Positions 36,910 through 47,406 of a DNA stretch of 64,000 bases are shown piece after piece; the stretch's first letter is position 1, and every line of letters begins with the position of its first letter. Position numbers and translations under genes: made by a program. Origin of the DNA: Planctomycetota bacterium (GTDB lineage Bacteria > Planctomycetota > UBA1135 > UBA2386); NCBI GenBank assembly GCA_965228735.1, contig OZ245838.1, positions 64,001 through 128,000 of the forward strand, written 5' to 3'. The notes below the pieces were generated by a model. That model searched no databases, was not told the origin of the DNA, and saw only the letters and a list, made by a program, of their open reading frames with translations.

Positions 36910-39900
36910 ATGGTGCGTTGCCTCGTCGCGGTAATTCTCGTTTCGGCGCTCTCGGCCCAACAGGCGCCGGAGGCTCTTTTCGACGGCAAGTCGCTTGCGG
37001 GCTGGCGTGGCGATCCGGCGCTCTGGCGCGTCGAGGCCGGTTGCATCGTCGGTTCGACCGTCGGTCAGGAGCGCCGACGCACGACCTACCTGCACTGGCA
37101 GGGCGAGCCGGCCGTCGACTTCGAGTTGACCTACCGGCTGCGCGTCGAGGGCGCCAACAACAGCGGCGTCCAGTACCGCAGCCGCGAACTTGAGAACTTC
37201 GACGTCGCCGGTCTGCAGTGTGATGCGCATCCGAAGCCCGAGTATTTCGGGATGTTCTACGAGGAGAAGGGGGTCGGCGTCCTCTGCCAGCACGGGCAGT
37301 TCGTCGCGCGCGACACTGAAGGCAACCGGCGGGTCGTCGATCGCATCGCGACGCCGCCAGGTGAACCGGTCGATCTCGCGCAGTGGCACACGTTCAAGGT
37401 CGTCGCGCGCGGCAACGTGATCGAGCACTACGCCGATGGTCGGCTCGTCGCGATGCTCATGGACGACAAGGCCGACGCGCCGCGCGGGGGCAGCTTCGCG
37501 CTGCAGGTCCACGCGGGGCCGGAGATGACCGCGTGGTTCAAGGACATCGCGCTCGTGCGGCTGCCGCGCGAAGAGTTGGCGGCGACGCCGCCGCTCGCCC
37601 GGGCGCTGCTCGAGCGCGAGAAGGGCAAGGCGAGCGAGGGGCCGGATCCGGAGTGGATCTGGGATGCCGAGGCGGGCGGCGAGGAGGACCTGTTCTTCCG
37701 CCGTGCTTTCGACCTCGATGGCGCGATCGCAGCCGCGGACGTCGTCGTCGCGTGCGACAACAAGTCGCGCGTCTACGTCAACGGTGCCCGTGTGCTCGAG
37801 TCGAGTGACTGGGCCGCGCCGTCGCGGGCTGCGATCACCGAGCACCTCGTGCCGGGCAAGAACGTGATCGCGGTGCACGCGTGGAACGAAGGCGGGCCGG
37901 CCGCGCTCGCGCTGCGCGTGTCGTGGCGCAGCGCGAAGGGCGACGGTGGGTTCGTCACCGACGCGTCCTGGCGCTGCAGCAACGACGACCCCGAGGGGTG
38001 GAACGGACTCGAGTTCGCCGAGGACGACACCTGGGACGCCGCGCGCTCGTTCGGTGCGGTCGGCAAGCCTGGGTTGCCGTGGTCGCCGCGGCTGCGCGCC
38101 ATCAACCTCGCGCCCCCCGTGCCGCCCGACGCGCCGCAGGTCGCGCTGCCGGCGATGGGGCTCGCGGGGCCCGGTGCGGCCGGCGCGATCGAGCTGCTCG
38201 ACGTGCCGCGGGGCTACGGGTCGTGGGTCGCGATCTGCGCCGACGACGAGGGCCGGCTCATCGCGAGTGATCAGTCGCGCGGACTCTATCGCGTGACGCC
38301 GGCCGATGGACTCGGCGGCGAGAGCCGGATCGAGAAGCTCGACGTCGATCTCGACGGCGCGCAGGGCTTGTGCTGGTTTCGCGATTCGTTGTATGCGGTC
38401 GTGTCCTACCGCACGCCGGGGCTCTACCGACTGCGCGACACCGACGGTGACGACGCGTTCGACGAGGTCACGTTGCTGCGCGAACTGAAGAGCGGCGGCG
38501 AGCACGGGCCGCACGCGATCATGCCGGCGCCCGACGGCGAGAACCTGCTCGTCGTCATCGGCAATCACGTGCCGCTGACCGCGATCGGCGACGGTCTGCC
38601 GCAGCACGAGTGGGGCGAGGATCGTCTGCTCGAGAAGTTCGAGGACCCGCGCGGACACGCCCGCGGGCTGAAGGCGCCGGGCGGCTACATCTGCAAGGTG
38701 GACCCGAACGGCGAGAACTGGGAGCTGCTCTCCTGGGGCTTCCGCAACACCTACGACGCCGCGGTCCTGCCGGACGGCCGGATCTACACCTACGACGCCG
38801 ACATGGAGTGGGACATGGGCATGCCGTGGTATCGCCCGACGCGCATCCTCGAGGTCGTCCCCGGCGTCGACTACGGCTGGCGCAGCGGCAGCAACAAGTG
38901 GCCGGCGGACTATCCCGACGCGCCCGCGTCGATCTGTGACATCGGCCCGGGCTCGCCGACGGCGATGGTCCTGCATCACGGCAGCGTGCTCGCATTCGAC
39001 TGGACGTTCGGGACGATCTGGGCGCTGCCGGTCGGTGGGCGCGAGCCGGTGCAGTGGGTGACGGGCGAGCCGTTCCCCGTGAGTGACGCGTGCTCCGTCG
39101 ATGGCAAGCTCTATGTGCTCACGGGTGGGCGAGGGCTCAAGTCGCGGCTGCTGCGCATCGATGCGATCCCGCCGTATGCGCTCGGCAGCCCGGCGCCGGC
39201 GATCTGGCGCGACGAGCCCGTCGAGCTGCGGCGGCTGCGGACCGAGATCCGCGACGCGACCGTGACGCCGGGTCACGCGCTCGCCCGCCTCGCGACGTTC
39301 GATTTCGGGGGGCTCGGTCGCGAGGCGCGGATCTCTTGGGTGCGGGCCCATGCGCTGGCCCTGCTGGCCATGGACGAGATCGGTGCCGACGTGCGCGACG
39401 AGCTGACGGCGCGGCTGCTGCCGCTGCTGCCGACGGGTGACGGTCGCGTCGACGCGGACCTCGTCGAGGTGCTCACGGCGATCGACGCTCCGGGGCTGCT
39501 CGATCGCGCCGTGCCGTTGCTCGCCGAGGTGAAGTTCGACGAACCGCCGGCGTGGACCGACGTCGTGACGCGCAACGCGCGCTACGGCGGCCCGATCCAG
39601 AAGATGATCGACGAGATGCCGCCGACGTCGCAGATCGCGATCGCCTACGCGCTCGTGCATGTCGACAACGGCTGGACGCTCGATCAGCGCGCGACGTTGT
39701 TCTCGTTCTTGGCGGCGGCGCGCACCCGGAAGGGCGGCGCGAGCTACGACGGCTACCTCAAGCGCATGATCGACTACGCGTGGGAGCGCTGCAGCCCGGC
39801 GGAGCAGAACGCGCTCGCCGATCTCGCCGACAAGGCGCGGGCCGATCTGCCCACATACCGGGCGACGAAGCCGAAGGGGCCGGGGCGCGATTGGCAGCTC

Positions 39901-40371
39901 GCCGATGCGCAGGCGGAGATCGGGAAGGGTCTGCAGAACGCCGACCTCGTGGCGGGGCACAACCTGTTCCATGCGACCGGATGCGCTGCGTGCCATTACT
40001 TCGCGGGCGAGGGCGGCAACCACGGTCCGGACCTCACGAGCCTCGGGAACAAGTTCTCGGCGAACGAGGTGCTCGAGGCGATCCTCGAACCCGACAACGT
40101 GATCAGCGATCAGTACTCGGGCTCGGTCGTGACGACGACGAGCGGGGCTGCGTTGCTCGGGCGCGCCGTCAAGGTGACGCACGAAGGCGCGGAGGTCTGG
40201 GAGGTGATGCCGGCCGTCGCCGATGCCCGGTTGCAGCGCTTCCCGGTCGCGGACGTGAAGAAGGTCGAGCCGTCGAAGAAGTCGCCGATGCCGGCAGGGC
40301 TCGTCGATGCGCTCAACCCGGAAGAGCTGCGCGACCTGCTCGCGTTCCTGCTGTCGCGGGGTGTGCGCTGA
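36910..40371 (+). CDS. DUF1080 + sugar-binding + propeller + cytochrome c multidomain protein (PVC-type heme-binding)
   Basis: LFDGKSLAGW, NSGVQYRS, LQVH; GFRNTYD..DADMEWD; CAACH heme motif, GPDLT, SPMPAGL. Confidence 0.9.
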   Translation: MVRCLVAVILVSALSAQQAPEALFDGKSLAGWRGDPALWRVEAGCIVGSTVGQERRRTTYLHWQGEPAVDFELTYRLRVEGANNSGVQYRSRELENFDVAGLQCDAHPKPEYFGMFYEEKGVGVLCQHGQFVARDTEGNRRVVDRIATPPGEPVDLAQWHTFKVVARGNVIEHYADGRLVAMLMDDKADAPRGGSFALQVHAGPEMTAWFKDIALVRLPREELAATPPLARALLEREKGKASEGPDPEWIWDAEAGGEEDLFFRRAFDLDGAIAAADVVVACDNKSRVYVNGARVLESSDWAAPSRAAITEHLVPGKNVIAVHAWNEGGPAALALRVSWRSAKGDGGFVTDASWRCSNDDPEGWNGLEFAEDDTWDAARSFGAVGKPGLPWSPRLRAINLAPPVPPDAPQVALPAMGLAGPGAAGAIELLDVPRGYGSWVAICADDEGRLIASDQSRGLYRVTPADGLGGESRIEKLDVDLDGAQGLCWFRDSLYAVVSYRTPGLYRLRDTDGDDAFDEVTLLRELKSGGEHGPHAIMPAPDGENLLVVIGNHVPLTAIGDGLPQHEWGEDRLLEKFEDPRGHARGLKAPGGYICKVDPNGENWELLSWGFRNTYDAAVLPDGRIYTYDADMEWDMGMPWYRPTRILEVVPGVDYGWRSGSNKWPADYPDAPASICDIGPGSPTAMVLHHGSVLAFDWTFGTIWALPVGGREPVQWVTGEPFPVSDACSVDGKLYVLTGGRGLKSRLLRIDAIPPYALGSPAPAIWRDEPVELRRLRTEIRDATVTPGHALARLATFDFGGLGREARISWVRAHALALLAMDEIGADVRDELTARLLPLLPTGDGRVDADLVEVLTAIDAPGLLDRAVPLLAEVKFDEPPAWTDVVTRNARYGGPIQKMIDEMPPTSQIAIAYALVHVDNGWTLDQRATLFSFLAAARTRKGGASYDGYLKRMIDYAWERCSPAEQNALADLADKARADLPTYRATKPKGPGRDWQLADAQAEIGKGLQNADLVAGHNLFHATGCAACHYFAGEGGNHGPDLTSLGNKFSANEVLEAILEPDNVISDQYSGSVVTTTSGAALLGRAVKVTHEGAEVWEVMPAVADARLQRFPVADVKKVEPSKKSPMPAGLVDALNPEELRDLLAFLLSRGVR

Positions 40372-40378
40372 CGTGCCG

Positions 40379-41935
40379 ATGTCACGTCATGGGTTGCAGC
40401 GTTCGTTCCTGATCCCCGTGTTGGCCCTGCTGGCGAGTTTCGCCGCGGGTCAGCGGGGCATCGCGCCGAAGGCCGAGCCGGTCGTCCACTACGACGTGCA
40501 GTACGCCGAGGGCATCGCACGCGATGGTCGGCGGAACTCGCTCGACGTCTATCTGCCGCCGGGTGTGAAGGCGCCGCCGCTCGTGATGTTCGTGCACGGC
40601 GGTGGCTGGTCGGCGGGTCACAAGGACCTGTACGAGCCGCTCGGCGTCGAGCTCTGCCGGCGTGGACTGGCGTGCGCGACGATCAACACCCGGATGTTTC
40701 CGTTCGTGCGCCCGGCGGCGATGGCGCAGGACTGTGCGCGCGCATTCGGTTACCTGCACGCGCACGCCGATGAGCTCGGCTTCGACGGTGACCGGATGTT
40801 CCTCATGGGGCACTCGGCGGGCGCGCACCTCGTGTCGTGGGTGGCGGTCGATCAGCAGATGTGGGCGCTGACCCGTGCTGGGCGGTCGGCGTTGCGCGGC
40901 GTGATCGCGCTGTCGGGCGTCTACGACGCGCGGCCGCGCCACGGTCTGCTCGAGAAGGTCTTCGGCGAGGATGCCGCCGAGCGCGCCGCGCAGTCGCCGG
41001 CGCTGCGCATCAACCTCGACCCGCCGCCGTTCGCGGTCTGGTGGGCGCAGATGGACATCAGCGGCATCGATATCGGGTCGGGCGTTTTCGCCGCGAACCT
41101 GCGCCGGCACGGCGCGCGGGTGGCTTCGAGCAGGCTCTTCGGCTGCGATCACGTCAGCTACATTCACGATCTGAAGATGCCGGGCGGCGGCGTTCTCGTG
41201 CCACGGGTCGCCGACTTCGTGAAGCAGGTGCTCGACGACCCGAAGGGCATCGGGCGTGGTCTGGAGCTGCAGGAGATCGAACGCGAGCGACTGCTGCTCG
41301 GCGTCGCGCGGTTCCCGGCGGAGCTCTTCCGGCCCAAGGGGGCCGCGCGCAAGTGGGGCGTGCTCGCGACGGACGGCGAACGCTTGCCGGTGGCCCGCGC
41401 CCTCGCGCGTGAGCTGGCGCGGCGCGGAGCGTTGGTCGCCGTGTTCGATTGCCGCGCCCTCGACCGACTGCCGGCGCCGCGGGCGCTCGAGGTATTCGAG
41501 GACTCGCTGACGGCTCTCGCGGCGGCCGTACCGGTCGGCGACGGCCGCGGCCGTCGACCGTTCGGCCTGGCGCCGTTGATCGCGCTCGGCGACGCCGGCT
41601 GGCTCGTTCGGGTGACGACGAAGGACACCGCCGGACGGCTGTTGCTCGGCTCGGCGGCCGGGGCGTCGGTCACGCACACGCTGCTCGATGGCAAACGCGC
41701 GCACGGCCTGACGGCGGCGCAGCTGCAGCAGGCGGGGATGGAGGTGTCGGTGCTGCTGTCGAGCTCGGGCGATGGCTCCGAATCACGCCGGGACGCGGCG
41801 CGCCTGTTTCCCGTGCTGCGAACCAACGGCGACCTCGTCGTCGACCTCGATGCGCCGCCGGTCACGGAGCTGCTCGCGCCAACGGCCGGTGACGCGGGCC
41901 TGCTCCCGTTCGTGGCAGCCTTCCTCGACGTGTGA
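40379..41935 (+). CDS. Alpha/beta hydrolase (HSL-like esterase) with degenerate second domain
   Basis: HGGGW, GHSAG. Confidence 0.85.
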   Translation: MSRHGLQRSFLIPVLALLASFAAGQRGIAPKAEPVVHYDVQYAEGIARDGRRNSLDVYLPPGVKAPPLVMFVHGGGWSAGHKDLYEPLGVELCRRGLACATINTRMFPFVRPAAMAQDCARAFGYLHAHADELGFDGDRMFLMGHSAGAHLVSWVAVDQQMWALTRAGRSALRGVIALSGVYDARPRHGLLEKVFGEDAAERAAQSPALRINLDPPPFAVWWAQMDISGIDIGSGVFAANLRRHGARVASSRLFGCDHVSYIHDLKMPGGGVLVPRVADFVKQVLDDPKGIGRGLELQEIERERLLLGVARFPAELFRPKGAARKWGVLATDGERLPVARALARELARRGALVAVFDCRALDRLPAPRALEVFEDSLTALAAAVPVGDGRGRRPFGLAPLIALGDAGWLVRVTTKDTAGRLLLGSAAGASVTHTLLDGKRAHGLTAAQLQQAGMEVSVLLSSSGDGSESRRDAARLFPVLRTNGDLVVDLDAPPVTELLAPTAGDAGLLPFVAAFLDV

Positions 41936-41940
41936 CAACG

Positions 41941-42097
41941 AACCCGTACGGAACCTGGTTCATGCTGCCGGCCGGGAGGGCGTAACCCGTACGGAACCTG
42001 GTTCATGCTGCCGGCCGGGAGGGCGTTGTCTCGCAGGTAGCGTTGCGTCGGCCGGCAGCATGAACCAGGTTCCGTACGGGTCAGGTTCCGTACGGGT
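41941..42097. repeat. REP-like cluster: 43-bp tandem duplication plus inverted copies
   Basis: 41941-41983 = 41984-42026; 33-bp inverted copy at 42049-42081; 16-bp partial copy at 42082-42097. Confidence 0.92.
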
Positions 42098-43695
42098 CAC
42101 TCCGCGCGGTGGACCGTGAGTTGGGGGAACGGGATGGTCCAGCCGTTCTTCGTGCATGCGTCGACGAGCAGGCGCTGAACGGCCCGCCGCAGGTCGCGGA
42201 ACCTGGGCGCGGCCTCGCCCGCGAAGTCGGCGCGGGCGGCCATGTCGAGTGAGCTCGAACCGGCGGCCGAGAACTGGACCTGGGAACGCAGCAGGTGCTC
42301 TTCGGGCACCATCTCGAGCAGGCCGGCCCGCAGCGCCTCGGCGAGCTTCTGCGGGATCGTCGTCGTCGCGTCCTTCTGGTGCATGTAGTCGATGCCGAAC
42401 GTCGAGGTGATCGCGAAGCCGTGCGACAGGTTGCGCGGTTCTTCTTCCAGGAACTCGGTCGTCTTGTAGGTGCGCGGGGAACGGAAGTCGTCGACCACGA
42501 CGACCTCGGGCGTCTGCGTGATGACCTTGCCGATCACGGAGTCGCCGACTTGGACGACGTCACCGACCTCGGTGGGGAACCACGGCTCGTCCGGAGCGGG
42601 CTTGCGCGAACGTTGGCCGATCAGCTGTTGGATCGGGATGCGGAGGGCGCCGCCCTGGAGCGCCGGGTTGCGCAGGCGGCTGTGGAAGCGCAGTTGTTCG
42701 ACGCGATACGGCAGGCCGTCCACGATGATGCGTTCCCCTTCGCGGACCGAACCGACGTTGAGGATGAGGCGGATCTGCTCGAAGAACTGGGGTGCGGCCT
42801 TCACGAGAACCCAGCCCGCGCCGATCAGGAAGATGATGCCGAGGCTGAGCAGCACGAAGTCGTTGCGTACCCACGGAACGACGAGCGTGGCGGCGACGGC
42901 GAGCACGAGGCCGAGCGCGGAGAACACGACCTCGAGGATGCGCAGGGAGACCGCGCGGTCCTGCCGCTTGCGCGTCAGGACCTTGTTCTGCGACCAACGC
43001 ATCGTGAACAGCACGAGAATGAACGCGACCACGCAGAGCAGCAGCGTGAGGCCGCGCTCGGCGAAGAACGATCGGACGCTGTCGAGCAGCGGCACCTGAG
43101 CGGCCTCGAGCGCGTTGAGGCGGGCCGTGAGGACGGTCCGCTCGTCGCGAATCGTCTCGATCAATGCGCGCCATTCGTCGATCTCGCGCTGCATCTCCGC
43201 GCGTGCCGCAGCGTTCTCCGGCAGCAGTTCGAGCGTTCGGCTCGCGAACCGCCGGGCGCGCTCCACGAGCGCCTGACGCGAATCCAGCTCGCTGATGCGA
43301 TCCGTGATCGCGGCGTGTTGGCGCGAATCCTCTGTGAGCCCCTTGACCCACTGGATCGCTGGCTCGACGAGCGACACGACCTCCGACTCGAGGTCGAAGC
43401 CCGGATTGGAGTCCTCGAACTCCTCGATGTTCAGCTGCGTCGCGAGGCTGCCGAACTGCAGCTCACGTTGCTGGATCTGCTCGTTGAGCTCCTTGACGCG
43501 CGTCATGTTGGCGTCCTCCTTCGCCGCATCGCGTTGCGTGCGGAGCTGCTGGAGGTCGTCAGCGAGCGTGTTCAGCGCCTTGACCGTGGTCTCCTCGAGC
43601 TTGGTCGGCAGCTCCTGCGCCGCGGCCGGCGCGGCAGCGATGCCGAGAACGAGGAGAAACCAGATCGCGGAAAGCACGCGGTAAGCGCCGGGCAT
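42097..43695 (-). CDS. MscS-like mechanosensitive channel family protein
   Basis: Periplasmic coiled coil, three TM segments, FGIDY, terminal IPFPQLTVH. Confidence 0.8.
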   Translation of the reverse strand: MPGAYRVLSAIWFLLVLGIAAAPAAAQELPTKLEETTVKALNTLADDLQQLRTQRDAAKEDANMTRVKELNEQIQQRELQFGSLATQLNIEEFEDSNPGFDLESEVVSLVEPAIQWVKGLTEDSRQHAAITDRISELDSRQALVERARRFASRTLELLPENAAARAEMQREIDEWRALIETIRDERTVLTARLNALEAAQVPLLDSVRSFFAERGLTLLLCVVAFILVLFTMRWSQNKVLTRKRQDRAVSLRILEVVFSALGLVLAVAATLVVPWVRNDFVLLSLGIIFLIGAGWVLVKAAPQFFEQIRLILNVGSVREGERIIVDGLPYRVEQLRFHSRLRNPALQGGALRIPIQQLIGQRSRKPAPDEPWFPTEVGDVVQVGDSVIGKVITQTPEVVVVDDFRSPRTYKTTEFLEEEPRNLSHGFAITSTFGIDYMHQKDATTTIPQKLAEALRAGLLEMVPEEHLLRSQVQFSAAGSSSLDMAARADFAGEAAPRFRDLRRAVQRLLVDACTKNGWTIPFPQLTVHRAE

Positions 43696-43750
43696 CCCGG
43701 AAGCCTACTCACGCTGGCATCGCCGTGCCCGCACTTCATGATGGGGCCGA

Positions 43751-45067
43751 ATGAGCAAGGGCATCTCCACCAAGCCGCCGAGCGGCATGCGCGACTTCCT
43801 GGCGCCGGACGTCATGCGGCGGCGCTACGTGATGGGCGTCGTCCAGCGCGTCTACGAGTCGTTCGGATTCGTGCCGCTCGAGACGCCGACGATCGAGAAC
43901 CTGACGACGCTGCTCGGCAAGTACGGCCCCGAGGGCGACCAGCTGCTCTACCGCCTGCTGCATCGCCGCGAGAAGCTCGCGCGCGCGCTCGCAGCGGGCG
44001 CGGACGAAGCCGGGCTCGCCGCCGAGGGGCTGCGCTACGACCTCACGGTGCCGCTCGCTCGCGTCGTGGCCAACTACCAGGACCTGCCGACCTACTACAA
44101 GCGCTACCAGATCCAGCCCGTCTGGCGCGCGGATCGGCCGGCGCGCGGTCGCTTCCGCGAGTTCTACCAGTGCGATGTCGACGTGATCGGCACGCAGAGC
44201 CTGGTCGCGGAGGCCGAGGTCTGCGGCGCGATCGCGACGGTGCTGCAGGAGCTCGGGTTCGACGACTTCGAGATCCACGTCAATCACCGTGAGCTGTTGC
44301 GCTCGTTCGTGACCGACGCCGGCATCCAGCCCGAGAACGAGTCGCTCGCGCTCATCGCGCTCGACAAGCTCGACAAGATCGGTCGTGACGGCGTGCTGAA
44401 AGAGCTCGCCGAGAAGGGCGTCGGCCCGGCCGCCGGCGAGCAACTGCTCGCGACGCTCGAGGCCGCGCGCGAACCGGGCGCGCTCGAGCAGCTCGAGGGC
44501 GGCGCGCCGCTCGTCGAACTGCTCGCGATCGCGGCCGCGGGGCCGGCCGCAAAACACCTCGTCTTCGACCCGACGCTCGCGCGCGGGTTGAGTTACTACA
44601 CGGGCCCGATCTTCGAGATCACGTGCGAGGGCCTCGCCGGGTCGATGGGCGGCGGCGGCCGCTACGACAACCTCGTCGGCATGTTCGGCAAACAACAGGT
44701 GCCGGCCGTCGGCTTCTCGCTCGGGCTCGAACGCGTGCTGCTCGTCATGGAGGAGCGTTCGATGTTCCCCGACCTCGGCATCGGTCCCGAGGTGCTGCTC
44801 TGCCGCATGAAGGAGGTGGCCGCCAAGGACGCCGTGCGCATCGCGTCCGAGCTGCGCGGTCACGGCGTGCGCGTCGAGGTCTTCGCCGACACCCCGCAGC
44901 TCAAGAAGCAGCTGAACTACGCCAACAACAACGCCGTGCCCTACACGATCGTGCTCGGCGAGGCCGAACTCGCCGCGGGCCAGGTCGCGCTGAAGAACCT
45001 CGGGACCGGCGAACAGGTCCAGGTGTCCGTCGCGGAAGCCGCGGAGCGGATACGATCGACGAAGTGA
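43751..45067 (+). CDS. hisS: Histidine--tRNA ligase
   Basis: GMRDFL, LRYDLTVP, GRFREFYQCD, RGLSYYTG, GGGRYD, GLER. Confidence 0.97.
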   Translation: MSKGISTKPPSGMRDFLAPDVMRRRYVMGVVQRVYESFGFVPLETPTIENLTTLLGKYGPEGDQLLYRLLHRREKLARALAAGADEAGLAAEGLRYDLTVPLARVVANYQDLPTYYKRYQIQPVWRADRPARGRFREFYQCDVDVIGTQSLVAEAEVCGAIATVLQELGFDDFEIHVNHRELLRSFVTDAGIQPENESLALIALDKLDKIGRDGVLKELAEKGVGPAAGEQLLATLEAAREPGALEQLEGGAPLVELLAIAAAGPAAKHLVFDPTLARGLSYYTGPIFEITCEGLAGSMGGGGRYDNLVGMFGKQQVPAVGFSLGLERVLLVMEERSMFPDLGIGPEVLLCRMKEVAAKDAVRIASELRGHGVRVEVFADTPQLKKQLNYANNNAVPYTIVLGEAELAAGQVALKNLGTGEQVQVSVAEAAERIRSTK

Positions 45068-45165
45068 TTCCGAAGCGCACCACCCTGGTCGGGCTCGCGC
45101 TGGCGAACGTCGAGAAATAGGGCTGCGGTGGGGAACCCAACGCTGCTCGCCGCGTTAGGGGCCGG

Positions 45166-46311
45166 ATGCAGTCGCGCGTTCCCGTTGCGTTCCAGGCGGT
45201 CGTGACCGAGTTCTTGCCATCGATCGTTTTCGGCCCGCTGCTCGGTGCGTTGGTCGGTGCCGGGCTCGCGGCGCAGGGCGGGGATGGGCCCGTTCCGCCG
45301 CGCTGGCTCGTCAGCGACACGTGGGTCGACGGGCGGTTCGGTGAGGAGGTCGGCAAGGCCAAGACCGGGCACGGTCGGGGGTGGGGGCGGCTGCTGGATG
45401 TTGCGGCCGGGGCCGAGGGCAACCTCTACGACGTGCCGACCGGCGAACGGCTGTGGCTCGGGGGTGGCGAAGCGCGGCTCTACGTGCCGCTCGCCGGGAT
45501 GCGATGGCAGGCCCAGGTCGGTTGCCTCGAGCTCGGTTCCACCCCGCTGCAGTGGCCGCGGTTCACGGCCGATCGCGTCGTCCTGCCGACCCAGAGTGGC
45601 GGTCTCGTCGGGGTCGACCGCGCGACCGGCAAGGTGGCGTGGCGAATGCAGGATGCGCCGCATGACCTGTTCTGTCTCGACGCCGGGCTCGTGATCACGG
45701 CGGACGCGATGGAGCAAACCATCCGCAAGCCCGAGGTGCGCGGGCTCGCGGCCACGAACGGAGCGCAGGCGTTCGTGGCGACGATCCCGGCCGGGGCGTT
45801 CGACATCGCGCCGGCGGACTTTGGCATCGCGATCGCCACGAGTTCGGCCGTCGTCGTCCTCGATCGCGCGGGGCCGGAGCTGTTCTCGGTTCCCGGCAGG
45901 GCGCTCAGCATCGCCGCCGGGCGGCATTGGCTCATCGTGATCGACGACGAGGTCATCGCGTTCGATCGCCGCGGCAAGGAGCTCTGGCGGGACGGGTGGC
46001 GCACGAAGGACGCGTTCGCCGACTCGGCGCAGTTGTATGCGACCGCGGATCGGCTGTTCGTCGTCGCGCACCATCGGATGGCGGACTCCGGGGTGGTCGT
46101 CACGGGGCGGGATCCGGATACCGGGGCGGTCGAGTGGTGCACGCGGGAACCCGGGCTCGGCGTGCCGCACTCGCGGTACCTGCACAACGTGATCGCCGTG
46201 CCGGTGGGCGAGCGATTGTTCGTTCTGAGCGACGCGAGCGGCGGCGCGTTCGGCATCGAACTGGATGCTCTCACCGGGCAGCAGCTCGCGCGCTGGCAGC
46301 GCAACCCGTGA
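45166..46311 (+). CDS. PQQ-like beta-propeller protein
   Basis: DRATGKVAW, DRRGKELW, DPDTGAVEW, DALTGQQL repeats; start uncertain. Confidence 0.7.
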   Translation: MQSRVPVAFQAVVTEFLPSIVFGPLLGALVGAGLAAQGGDGPVPPRWLVSDTWVDGRFGEEVGKAKTGHGRGWGRLLDVAAGAEGNLYDVPTGERLWLGGGEARLYVPLAGMRWQAQVGCLELGSTPLQWPRFTADRVVLPTQSGGLVGVDRATGKVAWRMQDAPHDLFCLDAGLVITADAMEQTIRKPEVRGLAATNGAQAFVATIPAGAFDIAPADFGIAIATSSAVVVLDRAGPELFSVPGRALSIAAGRHWLIVIDDEVIAFDRRGKELWRDGWRTKDAFADSAQLYATADRLFVVAHHRMADSGVVVTGRDPDTGAVEWCTREPGLGVPHSRYLHNVIAVPVGERLFVLSDASGGAFGIELDALTGQQLARWQRNP

Positions 46312-46367
46312 ACCGTGTCCACGTAGCCGGTGGACGGCGGCGTGCAGTTGCGTCAAGATACCCGTCC

Positions 46368-47363
46368 ATGACGCGATCGGAGCGAACGGCCGGCAACCAG
46401 CACCCGCTGGATCCGGCCGAGCTCGATCTCGCCGACCGGGTCCTCGCGGCCGTCGAGCGACGCGACGACGAGGCCGCGGGTGCGAGCGCCGCGGCGATTC
46501 GCGAACAGCTCGAGTCCCTGCGGCTCTTCGGCGAACTCCTCGCGCGCTACCCGTCGCCGCTCGACGAGCAGCGGCTCGGCTCGATGCGCCGCAGCCTCGA
46601 CACGCTCGTCGATTCCCTGGTGTCGACCGACCAGGCGAGCTTCCCGTTCCGCGCGCCGACGCAGGCGCTCGTCGGGCGGTCGATGAACATGGCGCACATC
46701 AACTTCCTGCGGCTGCTGTGGCACGTCGCGGGCAGCCTCGGCGAGGACGAGGGCGCGAGTGAGCTGCGCGAGGTCGCGGCGCACCGGTTGCGTGCGAGTG
46801 TGCATTGCCGGCTGGTGGAGGAAGTGCTCGCCGACATCGTGACGGACGGCGCGATCGAACGGCGGTTGCGCGAGCAGGCCGTGCACAGCCTCGCGCGGTT
46901 CTGGGCGAGCCGGCTGACGTGGCGCGTGCAGACGTTCTTTCCGATCCTCGCGGAGACCTGGGAGGCGCGGCAGCGCGTGCGGGTCACGGGCGGCACGCTC
47001 GTTGGCTGCACGGAGATGTTCCAGCTGCTCGTGCAGGGCGCGGACGCCGAGTTCGTCGAGCTCTTCGCCGATCGCGAGCCCGGATGTCACGAGGAGCAGG
47101 CGTTCCGCGAGTTCCTGTTCGGCACGTCGTCGGAAGAACTCGAACGCCTGGCGCAGCGCATGGCCAGCGAGGGCCTGTCGACGATCGAGATCGACTCGCG
47201 CCTCGCGGCCACGGCCGGCAGCAGCCGCGACGCCGGCTCGATCCTGTTCGAGTTCTTCCGCAGCCGCCTCGTCCAATGCAGCGCGCGCCGCAACGCCGGC
47301 CTGACCGGTCCCCGCCACACGGCCGAGGGCTACGTGATGCTGGCCTGGCTCGCGCGCCGGTGA
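46368..47363 (+). CDS. Hypothetical helical protein
   Basis: Host-like codon usage; no recognised motif. Confidence 0.7.
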   Translation: MTRSERTAGNQHPLDPAELDLADRVLAAVERRDDEAAGASAAAIREQLESLRLFGELLARYPSPLDEQRLGSMRRSLDTLVDSLVSTDQASFPFRAPTQALVGRSMNMAHINFLRLLWHVAGSLGEDEGASELREVAAHRLRASVHCRLVEEVLADIVTDGAIERRLREQAVHSLARFWASRLTWRVQTFFPILAETWEARQRVRVTGGTLVGCTEMFQLLVQGADAEFVELFADREPGCHEEQAFREFLFGTSSEELERLAQRMASEGLSTIEIDSRLAATAGSSRDAGSILFEFFRSRLVQCSARRNAGLTGPRHTAEGYVMLAWLARR

Positions 47364-47364
47364 G

Positions 47365-47397
47365 GGTTGGGGACGGTGCCTGGCACCGTACCCAACC
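47365..47397. repeat. 33-bp near-perfect palindrome between convergent genes (REP-like or bidirectional terminator)
   Basis: GGTTGGGGACGGTGCC-T-GGCACCGTACCCAACC, one mismatch. Confidence 0.8.
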
Positions 47398-47406
47398 TTC
47401 GCGGGG

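Noticed and set aside
41941..42097. CRISPR array
   Set aside because: Repeats are directly adjacent or inverted with no unique spacers, and there are no cas genes in the window.
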